From Chloroflexota bacterium (GTDB taxonomy: Bacteria > Chloroflexota > Dehalococcoidia > JACQUD01), in contig JACQUD010000059.1 in the NCBI GenBank assembly GCA_016210485.1, positions 20,800 to 84,799 on the forward strand: 64,000 nt of DNA, in the 5' to 3' direction. How positions within the stretch are numbered: position 1 is the stretch's first letter; each line of letters opens with the position of its first letter. The notes under the pieces are model-generated. The model saw only the letters and a program-made list of their open reading frames with translations, searched no databases and was not told the DNA's origin. This document shows, one piece after another, positions 49,208 to 56,783 of the stretch. The position numbers were made by a program, and so were the translations under genes.

Positions 49208-49585
49208 ATGTATATAGAGAAACTGCTCAGGCTATCAAATATAGCTACGGAAGTGGATAAACATCAGGAGTCTGAGGTGGCAGGTAAAAAATTGCTAGTC
49301 AGCGACCCTAACCGGCAGCTTGTCATCCTGTATATTTTTATACGCTGCCCCTTCGAACGCTACGATAGTAGTAGGTGCTATAACGCAATGAACAGCCTGG
49401 AGATACCCGGTGTTGCCCCTGCCACAGCTTTGAGCGAAGCCCACGTTGCCATCATCAGGGTTCAGCTTTGTTGCCGGGCATACTCGGGAGATCAATCTAG
49501 ACAGACCTTGCTTCAAAGGCCAGCAGCTCGATTTGATCCTGATATGATGAGAGTCTTCCTTCGCTTTCTGGAGTCTCGAGGTTAA
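49208..49585 (+). CDS. Questionable 125-aa ORF in the low-GC spacer (possibly non-coding)
   Basis: Good RBS aagggagaagg-5nt-ATG, but the product is Cys/Arg-rich with no recognisable features. Confidence 0.2.
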   Translation: MYIEKLLRLSNIATEVDKHQESEVAGKKLLVSDPNRQLVILYIFIRCPFERYDSSRCYNAMNSLEIPGVAPATALSEAHVAIIRVQLCCRAYSGDQSRQTLLQRPAARFDPDMMRVFLRFLESRG

Positions 49586-49625
49586 AGCTCCCACGAGAGC
49601 ATTTCCTTGACCCTCCCCCCCTCCG

Positions 49626-50105
49626 GTGCTATCATGGCGGCGAGGAGTTGCCTTGTTCCCCTGGAGAGTGAATGTTTATGTAGCTGATAGCTTCCAGGGC
49701 CTGGTGAAGGCAGCCCGGCTGCGGAAGGTAGCGGCTAAAACTTTGGAGGCCTATGGTGGTGGGAGGCCGGGGAAGACGAGCCTGGCCATCGTAGGGGACG
49801 AGGAAATGCGTCGGATGAGCAAAGCTAGCCGGGGCCTGGACGAGGTAACCGATGTCCTTTCTTTTTCTTTTGAGGCGGGGGATTTCCCCCGCCGACCTCG
49901 CTCCCTGCCTCTCCTGGGCGAGGTAGTGCTTTGCTATCCCCAAGCGGAGCGCCAGGCACGAGAGATGGGACATCCAGTGGAGCGCGAGCTTTCTGTCCTG
50001 GTCATCCATGGCGTCCTCCATCTGCTGGGCTACGACCATGAAAAAGAGGCTGATGCGGAGTCTATGACGCAGGCCGAGGCCCATGCCCTGGCCCTCTTGA
50101 GTTAA
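49626..50105 (+). CDS. ybeY: rRNA maturation endoribonuclease YbeY
   Basis: C-terminal HGVLHLLGYDHEKE zinc-binding motif. Exact start uncertain (GTG 49626 or downstream). Confidence 0.82.
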   Translation: MLSWRRGVALFPWRVNVYVADSFQGLVKAARLRKVAAKTLEAYGGGRPGKTSLAIVGDEEMRRMSKASRGLDEVTDVLSFSFEAGDFPRRPRSLPLLGEVVLCYPQAERQAREMGHPVERELSVLVIHGVLHLLGYDHEKEADAESMTQAEAHALALLS

Positions 50106-50119
50106 GCTGGAACCAGACG

Positions 50120-51739
50120 ATGAGCGAAGTCCTCTACCGCAAATGGCGCCCCCAGGCCCTGGCCGAGGTGGTAGGGCAGGAGGCTGTCACTAAAACCCTG
50201 GGCAATGCCCTGGCCTCGGGCAAGGTGGCCCACGCCTACCTATTCGCTGGACCCCGGGGGACGGGGAAGACCAGCACCGCCCGCATCCTGGCTCGCGCTG
50301 TGAACTGCCTCCGGGAGGATGGCCAGAAGCCCTGCCAAGAGTGCCCCATGTGCCGAGCCTTCGCCCAGGGCCAGGCCCTGGACCTCATCGAGATCGATGC
50401 CGCCTCTAACCGGGGCATAGACGAGATTCGCGACCTCCGGGAGAAGGTGAACTTCGCCCCGAACCTGGCCCGATACAAGGTCTACATCATAGACGAGGCC
50501 CACCAGCTCACCGCCGACGCCTTCAGCGCCCTGCTCAAGACACTGGAAGAGCCTCCGCCCCATGCCATCTTCGTCCTGGCCACCACCGAGCCTCACAGGG
50601 TACCCCTCACCATTCTGTCTCGATGTCAGCGCTTCGACTTCCGCCGCATCTCCTCCTCGGCCATGGTTGCCAGGCTGGAGCAAATTTGTACCGGGGAGGG
50701 CATTCGGGCCGAGGCCGAGGCCCTGGCCCTCATCGCTCGCGCCGCCGGGGGCAGTCTTCGAGATGCCCTGAACCTGCTGGAGAAGGCGGTAACCTATTAT
50801 GGGTCTGATATCGGCCTCCGCCAGGTGCAGGAGGCCCTGGGCCTGGTGGATAGCGCCCGACTCAGGGAGCTGGCGAGCCACCTTTTGGGTCGAAACCTGG
50901 CGGCGGGCCTGGCTGCCATAAGCGACGCCGGCAACAACGGCGTAGACCTGCGCCAGCTTCAGCGCGGGCTGATGGATTATCTGCGTAACGTGCTCCTGGT
51001 CAAGGCCGGAGCGGGAGATGGGGTGGATGTGGGGCCGGAGGACAAGGCCGAGCTTATCAAGCTGGCGGCGACCACCTCGGCGGAGGAGGTCATGCGCGCC
51101 CTTCGTTTGCTGTCCCAAGAGGTGAGGGTGGAAGGACAGCCTGCCCTCTCCCTGGAGCTGGCCCTGGCTGAGCTCTGTCTATCCCGGGAGGAGCCATCGC
51201 CTCCGCCTTCCCAGCCCCGTGTGACGGCCCCCAGGGCCGAGGCCAACTTCCCTAGATCCAACCCACTCCCTCGGCCCGCCCCTGCTCCTCCCCAGCCCCG
51301 GCCCGCCCCCAAGGTCGAAGCTCCCAGAGCTGAGGCCCCCAAGCCCGCCCCCCGGGAGAGGGGCCCCATGCCCATCGAGCCGGCGGCTCGGCTGGAGTTC
51401 CTCCGGGCCAACTGGCGGCGGCTCCTAGGGGAGGCTCCTCCCCCGCTCCGCAGCAGCAATGGGGTGGCTTTCCTGCGCAGCAGCCAGCCAGTCTCTCTGG
51501 AGAACAACATCGTGGTGATAGAGTTCCGCCATGAATTCCACTGCCGGGAGCTGGAGAAGGCGGAGAATAAGCACCAAGCCGAGGAGTTTCTGAGCCAGTT
51601 GCTGGGATCGCCTTGCCGGCTCCGCTGCGTGGTCTCGCAGGCCCTGACCCAGGCGGCCTCGGACCCGCTGGTGCAAGAGGCCATGCGCTGGGGAGGCAGG
51701 ATAGTGAATGTAGAGACGGAGGGTCACGTAGATGAATAG
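50120..51739 (+). CDS. dnaX: DNA polymerase III subunit gamma/tau
   Basis: MSEVLYRKWRPQALAEVVGQEAV…GPRGTGKTS… AAA+ clamp-loader motifs and zinc module CxxC. Confidence 0.95.
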   Translation: MSEVLYRKWRPQALAEVVGQEAVTKTLGNALASGKVAHAYLFAGPRGTGKTSTARILARAVNCLREDGQKPCQECPMCRAFAQGQALDLIEIDAASNRGIDEIRDLREKVNFAPNLARYKVYIIDEAHQLTADAFSALLKTLEEPPPHAIFVLATTEPHRVPLTILSRCQRFDFRRISSSAMVARLEQICTGEGIRAEAEALALIARAAGGSLRDALNLLEKAVTYYGSDIGLRQVQEALGLVDSARLRELASHLLGRNLAAGLAAISDAGNNGVDLRQLQRGLMDYLRNVLLVKAGAGDGVDVGPEDKAELIKLAATTSAEEVMRALRLLSQEVRVEGQPALSLELALAELCLSREEPSPPPSQPRVTAPRAEANFPRSNPLPRPAPAPPQPRPAPKVEAPRAEAPKPAPRERGPMPIEPAARLEFLRANWRRLLGEAPPPLRSSNGVAFLRSSQPVSLENNIVVIEFRHEFHCRELEKAENKHQAEEFLSQLLGSPCRLRCVVSQALTQAASDPLVQEAMRWGGRIVNVETEGHVDE

Positions 51740-52037
51740 GGATATGCTGCGCCAGGCGCAGAAGCTTCAGGCCCGCCTGACCCAGGCCCAGGCCGAGCTG
51801 GAGTCGGCCACGGTGGAGGGCAGCGCCGGGGGCGGCGCCATCACCGTGACCGTGACGGGACAACAGAAGGTTACCGCGGTGAAAGTCTCGCCCGAAGCCC
51901 TGGAGGGTGCCGACAGGGAGATGCTGGAGGACCTCATCTTGGCGGCGGTGAACGATGCCCTGGATAAGGCTCGGGACCTGGCCGCCCAGCGCCTGGGGGC
52001 CATCACCGGCGGCCTCAACATACCCGGCCTGATGTAG
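51732..52037 (+). CDS. ybaB: Nucleoid-associated protein YbaB/EbfC
   Basis: MNRDMLRQAQKLQARL…VTGQQKVTAVKV… ; overlaps the dnaX stop. Confidence 0.92.
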   Translation: MNRDMLRQAQKLQARLTQAQAELESATVEGSAGGGAITVTVTGQQKVTAVKVSPEALEGADREMLEDLILAAVNDALDKARDLAAQRLGAITGGLNIPGLM

Positions 52038-52045
52038 GGGCGCAG

Positions 52046-52651
52046 GTGGAGAAGGGCGGCGCGGCACCTCCCATCGCCCGGCTCATGGCGGAGCTGACCA
52101 GGCTGCCAGGCATCGGCCCCAAGACCGCCGCCCGGCTCACCTATCACCTCCTGCGCCGACCCAAGGAGGAGGCCCAAGCCCTGGCCGAGGCCATCGTCGC
52201 CCTTAAGGAGCAGACCGTCCTCTGCTCCCGCTGCCAGAACCTATCCCAGGCCGACCCCTGCCCCCTGTGCTCTAGCCCGGAGCGGGACGGAGGCCTCATC
52301 TGCGTGGTGGAGGAGCCTCTGGATATCCTGGCCCTGGAGCGCACCGGTCGCTACAAGGGCCTGTATCACGTCCTCCACGGGGTGCTGTCGCCCCTGAACG
52401 GCGTCGGCCCCGACGACCTGAAGGTTCAGGAGCTTGTGGAGCGTTTGAAGGGGGGTGGGGTGAGGGAGGTCATCCTGGCCACCAACCCCAACGTGGAGGG
52501 CGAGACCACCGCCCTCTACCTGCACCGGCTTCTCCTGCCCCTGGGGGTGCGGCTGACCCGCCTGGCCCGGGGCCTGCCCATGGGGGCCGACCTGGAATAC
52601 GCCGACGACGTTACCCTGACCCAGGCGTTAGAGGGGAGACGGGAGTTTTAG
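52046..52651 (+). CDS. recR: Recombination protein RecR
   Basis: …LPGIGPKTAARL… HhH, Cys4 zinc finger CSRCQN…CPLC, Toprim. Confidence 0.95.
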   Translation: MEKGGAAPPIARLMAELTRLPGIGPKTAARLTYHLLRRPKEEAQALAEAIVALKEQTVLCSRCQNLSQADPCPLCSSPERDGGLICVVEEPLDILALERTGRYKGLYHVLHGVLSPLNGVGPDDLKVQELVERLKGGGVREVILATNPNVEGETTALYLHRLLLPLGVRLTRLARGLPMGADLEYADDVTLTQALEGRREF

Positions 52652-52693
52652 GAGAAGAAGTCTCGGATGTTGGTCGGAAGAGTCTCACGCCCC

Positions 52694-52921
52694 TTATTTT
52701 AACCTGACGAAGACCTTCTCCCCTTTGGTCATAACTCGAATTTCCTTGCCCAAATTCTTAGCAACCTTGCGATAGAGATGGGATACTTTTCTCGGGGTAT
52801 CTCGGCCCGTAGGTGTTACCTCTATGGCATTATCAGAGCTTAACTGGTTAAGAAATTGTTCTGCTTCACGCTCTCCCGGTCTCTTCTTTAGCTCAGAAAG
52901 AGCAACGATACGTGTCCTCAT
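52694..52921 (-). CDS. Small basic hypothetical protein (75 aa), divergent from GHKL module 2
   Basis: ATG at 52921 with strong RBS aggagg-5nt. Lys/Arg-rich; possible DNA-binding regulator. Low GC. Confidence 0.5.
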   Translation of the reverse strand: MRTRIVALSELKKRPGEREAEQFLNQLSSDNAIEVTPTGRDTPRKVSHLYRKVAKNLGKEIRVMTKGEKVFVRLK

Positions 52922-52934
52922 TGTGTCCTCCTAT

Positions 52935-52963
52935 TTGACATTCGTATGTCTCCATGTTAGCAT
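52935..52963 (+). promoter_or_regulatory. Candidate promoter of GHKL module 2 (TTGACA - 17 nt - TAGCAT)
   Basis: Hexamers read directly, about 90 nt upstream of ATG 53053. Confidence 0.4.
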
Positions 52964-53052
52964 CTTTTTTGTAAGTAATCAAGGGTATTTTGGAGCTTAT
53001 AGAGATAAGCTTAAGGGCATTGCCCATAGAGGTAGTTGAGTGTAGGTGTCTT

Positions 53053-54585
53053 ATGGGTGAAACTCGGGTAAACCTGAAGCATCTTCTGGAGAACTTAAGG
53101 GACTCATATCCATTGCCTTTAGAAGAGGCCATCGTTACCGAGTTAGTAGCTAATGCCCTTGATTCCAAAGCTTCGAGGATTGGCTTTACTGTAGATTCAG
53201 GTGAGTGCTCATTGTCAATTGTGGATAATGGCGCGGGGATGAAACGCGAAGAGTTCGAGAAGTATCACGATATTGCTGAGACCACTAAGGAAAAAGGACG
53301 AGGGATAGGATTTGCCGGCCAGGGTGCCAAGTTGTCTTTGTTGGCAGTAAGGTCGGTGCAGACGGAAACGAAGACAAGTGAGGGGTCCTTTTCCACTGCG
53401 TGGCATCTTGAAGATGACTATCATGCCCCTTGGGATTTTATTCCTCCTTTGGGCCTTGTTGGTACACAGACAGGGACAGCAATCAAAGTTCTTCTGAGAG
53501 AAAAACAAAGCGATCTGGCAAATTCGACTTTCGTGATTAGGACTATTCAGAAATGGTTTGCTTCCCTCTTAGAAAAGGATTTCATGCCCAAAGCCCTTAG
53601 AGAAGTGTACCCAAGCGGAGTCTTTTTCGGCGTAAATGGGAGGATGGTGGAGCTATCCCAAAGTTCGGTGTTTCATGACTTTGCCACTGGCTATAAGCTC
53701 AGGCCTTTTGAAGTGCGACTTAAAAGGAAGCAGGTAGGAATTGGATTCCTTGGAAGAAGTATCCGCTCTTTGAAAGAGGAGGAAAGGGGCCTGGCGATAT
53801 CTGTGTTGGGTAAGGTCGTAAAGCGGGGTTGGGAGTGGGTGGATGTTTCTCCGAAAGACCGCAAGTTCATATGGGGCATGGTTGAAGTCCCCGCTCTCTC
53901 CACAATTCTTGCGACAAACAAATGCGACTTCTTGTCCGACGTGTCGAGCAAGACAAAGTATTACCAGTATCGCAAGGCTATTGTTGTGGCCATACAGCCC
54001 ATCCTACGTGCCATGGGCGAGTTGCCTGAGGCTGAGCCTGAAGCGCTACCGCAAGCGTTGGCAAAAGAAATCCGAATGGTCCTTGAGGAACTTCTGCCCG
54101 ATTTCCCTGAGCTGGAACCACTTTTGGATAAGCAGGGACGAGGGGAAAAGGTTAGCACGGTTCTGCCCGACCCTGCTGCCGATCCGGCAGGGGGCGTGGA
54201 GCAAGGGGTGGCTAGTGTAACTGGAGACCAGGGAGGGGTTGGGCAAGGAGCGGGAGTTGATGTTGGGCCAGGCACGGGGCCTGGTGAAAGGATTTCCCCA
54301 GAAGCTCCGCTTACAGAACCAGGTAGGCAGCATGAGGGAAGGCGCAGGCTTCCTGGGCTTATGATCCGCTATGAAGACAAACTAGAGGAAGAACTAGGGC
54401 GATTGGAAGGAATTACCATATTCATAAATAAGGGGCATCCTGCTTACAGAAAAGTTGCCGACTCAAAAAGCCTGGAGAATTACCATACTTTTCTAACGAT
54501 AGCTTGGGTGTTGTCAAAAAACCTTGCTGATGGAAGGTCTCCCCAGGGATTCATAAATCAGTTCCTTAGGATTTGGGGGGGTTAA
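53053..54585 (+). CDS. GHKL (Bergerat-fold) ATPase of the MORC/MutL/Hsp90 class, copy 2 (paralog of 42149..43675)
   Basis: ELVANALDS, DNGAGM, GRGIGFAGQGAK, GTAIKV. Gly/Pro/acidic linker then …ITIFINKGHPAYRKV…. Collinear with copy 1 over the full length at roughly 25-30% identity by eye. Alternative TTG start at 52990. Confidence 0.75.
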   Translation: MGETRVNLKHLLENLRDSYPLPLEEAIVTELVANALDSKASRIGFTVDSGECSLSIVDNGAGMKREEFEKYHDIAETTKEKGRGIGFAGQGAKLSLLAVRSVQTETKTSEGSFSTAWHLEDDYHAPWDFIPPLGLVGTQTGTAIKVLLREKQSDLANSTFVIRTIQKWFASLLEKDFMPKALREVYPSGVFFGVNGRMVELSQSSVFHDFATGYKLRPFEVRLKRKQVGIGFLGRSIRSLKEEERGLAISVLGKVVKRGWEWVDVSPKDRKFIWGMVEVPALSTILATNKCDFLSDVSSKTKYYQYRKAIVVAIQPILRAMGELPEAEPEALPQALAKEIRMVLEELLPDFPELEPLLDKQGRGEKVSTVLPDPAADPAGGVEQGVASVTGDQGGVGQGAGVDVGPGTGPGERISPEAPLTEPGRQHEGRRRLPGLMIRYEDKLEEELGRLEGITIFINKGHPAYRKVADSKSLENYHTFLTIAWVLSKNLADGRSPQGFINQFLRIWGG

Positions 54586-55043
54586 TCATGGGGGATAAGT
54601 TTCCGCTCATCGTATCGCCAGAAAAAGATTCCAAGGGTGAGTTCAAGGTTGCAACCTCTTTTCAAACTCTGCTGGACGCATCTCGAAGCGTGCGCAAGGA
54701 CTTAGAATATGTTGAACAAGACTATGCGCTTTTGATAAGTAACCTTCGCTGTTTGCTCATTAGAAGTGGCACGAGTGGAAGGCGAGACCCGCGTATTTAC
54801 TGGCTTGCCGGAGATGAAATATTAAGCTTCCTTCGACGTATGGATGATTTGGGCTTTTTTCTACATCAACAGAATAAAACGCTGGCAAGAGATGTGGGAG
54901 TACATGAAAGCTTGCTCAAAAGGGTTATCTCATTTCGCAGGCGCTTTCCGCTTCTTTCTCAGGTTGACCCTTCTATCTTGTGGACTAGATACAGGAGCAA
55001 TGCAGTCCCGCTACCCGGGAGCGAAAAAGATCAAGGTGTTTAG
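54573..55043 (+). CDS. Small partner protein (156 aa) of GHKL ATPase copy 2; paralog of 41682..42164
   Basis: Overlaps the GHKL gene by 13 nt. Alignable to the copy-1 partner. Ends at the recO start. Confidence 0.6.
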   Translation: MGGLIMGDKFPLIVSPEKDSKGEFKVATSFQTLLDASRSVRKDLEYVEQDYALLISNLRCLLIRSGTSGRRDPRIYWLAGDEILSFLRRMDDLGFFLHQQNKTLARDVGVHESLLKRVISFRRRFPLLSQVDPSILWTRYRSNAVPLPGSEKDQGV

Positions 55044-55852
55044 TGCCCCGCCCCCGCACCTATAAGACCGAGGCCATCGTGCTGAAGGCCGCCCGCCTGG
55101 GGGAGGCCGACAGGCTCCTCACTATGTTCACCCCCTCCCTGGGCAAGGTGCGGGCCGTGGCCCGGGGCGCCCTCCGCCCCAAAAGTAAGCTGGCCGGCCA
55201 CCTGGAGCCTTTCACCCGCGCTTCCCTCATGCTGGCCCAGGGCCGCACCCTGGACGTGGTCGCCGGCGCCCAGGCCCTGGAGGCCTTCCCCACACTCCGC
55301 GCCGACCTGGAGCGGACGGGCCTGGCCTTCTACCTGGCCGAGCTGGTGGACCGCTTCACTGCCGAGGGCCAGGAGAGCTATCCCATATACGCTTTGCTTC
55401 TGGAGGCCCTGGGCTGGCTGGACAAGGCTCAGAAGGTGGGCCTGGCCCGCCCAGCCTTCGAGCTTCAAGTGCTCCGGCTCTCGGGGCATGGCCCCCAGCT
55501 ATCCCATTGCCTGAAGTGCCGAGCCGAGATAAAGGGCGCTGCCGCCTTCTCGTCGGCCTCCGGCGGGGCGCTCTGCCCTATCTGTGAGAGAGATGCCCCC
55601 GATGCCCGCCCCCTCTCCATCGCCGCTCGCCGGGCCATGGTCTATCTCCAGGGCAGCGCCTTCTCCCGGGGGGCCAGGGTCAAGGTGCCCACAGCAGTGG
55701 AGCGGGAGATGGAGGGGCTGCTCCAGGGATACATAGCCTACGTGCTGGAGCAGAGCGTCAAATCGGCGATCTTTTTGGAGCGGCTGAGGCGGGAGGACGT
55801 CAGCGCTGCCGCTGCACCGAATAGTCGGCCATATCCAGAAGGGCCTGCCTGA
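55043..55852 (+). CDS. recO: DNA repair protein RecO
   Basis: (GTG) PRPRTYKTEAIVLKAARLGEADRLLTMFTPSLGKVRAVARG… OB-fold plus zinc-binding CLKC…CPIC. Confidence 0.88.
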   Translation: MPRPRTYKTEAIVLKAARLGEADRLLTMFTPSLGKVRAVARGALRPKSKLAGHLEPFTRASLMLAQGRTLDVVAGAQALEAFPTLRADLERTGLAFYLAELVDRFTAEGQESYPIYALLLEALGWLDKAQKVGLARPAFELQVLRLSGHGPQLSHCLKCRAEIKGAAAFSSASGGALCPICERDAPDARPLSIAARRAMVYLQGSAFSRGARVKVPTAVEREMEGLLQGYIAYVLEQSVKSAIFLERLRREDVSAAAAPNSRPYPEGPA

Positions 55853-56783
55853 AGGGACTGTCCGCCAGCACCTGGAGGGACTGGCAGGCCTGGGCCTGGA
55901 AGCCTTGGGCCACGGCGTAGCACTCCTCGATGATGGAGGAGTCTCGAATCAGGGCGATGGCCTTCTCCAAATTCGCCTCGGCGTCCTGGCCCTGGAAGAG
56001 GGCGGCCACTGGTCCCCCACCGGGGCAGCGCTCCACCAGGAGTAGGGCGGGGAGGGTGAGGGTGCCCTGAAGGAGGTCGGAGCCTACCGGCTTCCCCATC
56101 TCCCGCTCCTCCCCTACGAAGTCCAGGATATCGTCCACCACCTGGAAGGCCATGCCCAGGTGGTGTCCGTAATTCTTCATAGCTTGCACGGACCCGGCGG
56201 GGGCCTGGCTCAGAAGGGCCGCCGCCTCCGTGGCGGCGGAGAAGAGGGAGGCAGTCTTCAGGTCGATGCAGCTGAAATACTGCTCTCGGGTTACATCTAT
56301 CCGATGGGAGAAGCTCTTCTCTTGCAGCTCACCATTGCACACGTTCATCAAGGTGGCGGCGAAGAGCTTTATCACCTCCATGTTGCCAGTATTGGCGGCC
56401 AGCTCCGCGGCCAGGGAGAAGAGGTAGTCCCCCACCAGGACCGAGGTCGTCCGGTCCCAGAGGACGTTCAGGGTAGCCTTGCCCCGGCGCAGGGGCGAGT
56501 CGTCCACGGCGTCGTCATGGACCAGGGTGGCCGTGTGCAGGAGCTCGACGGCCACGGCCATGGGGACATGAAGGTGAGCACGGTAGCCCAGGCACTTGCC
56601 AATGAGGAGGCTCAGGGTAGGGCGGAGCATCTTCCCTCCACCCTCCCCCAGCACGTGCCCCAGGAGCTGGCTCAGCCACGGATATGGCGTTCTCTGGGGG
56701 AAGCTTATCAGCATATCCCTCACCTGGCTGAGCTCTTGGGCTGTCGGCTGGTAGAAAGAGGGGCTAATCTGGCCTTGGCTCAT
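55800..56783 (-). CDS. Polyprenyl diphosphate synthase (trans-isoprenyl diphosphate synthase family)
   Basis: Two DDxxD motifs (LVHDDAVDDS; VVDDILD). Start at internal ATG 56783, forming an ATGA overlap with the upstream MMPL gene. Confidence 0.85.
   Translation of the reverse strand: MSQGQISPSFYQPTAQELSQVRDMLISFPQRTPYPWLSQLLGHVLGEGGGKMLRPTLSLLIGKCLGYRAHLHVPMAVAVELLHTATLVHDDAVDDSPLRRGKATLNVLWDRTTSVLVGDYLFSLAAELAANTGNMEVIKLFAATLMNVCNGELQEKSFSHRIDVTREQYFSCIDLKTASLFSAATEAAALLSQAPAGSVQAMKNYGHHLGMAFQVVDDILDFVGEEREMGKPVGSDLLQGTLTLPALLLVERCPGGGPVAALFQGQDAEANLEKAIALIRDSSIIEECYAVAQGFQAQACQSLQVLADSPFRQALLDMADYSVQRQR

Noticed and set aside
49295-49594. 99-aa minus-strand ORF in the low-GC spacer
   Set aside because: No RBS, an odd composition and overlap with the equally doubtful 125-aa plus-strand ORF. 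Probably non-coding.
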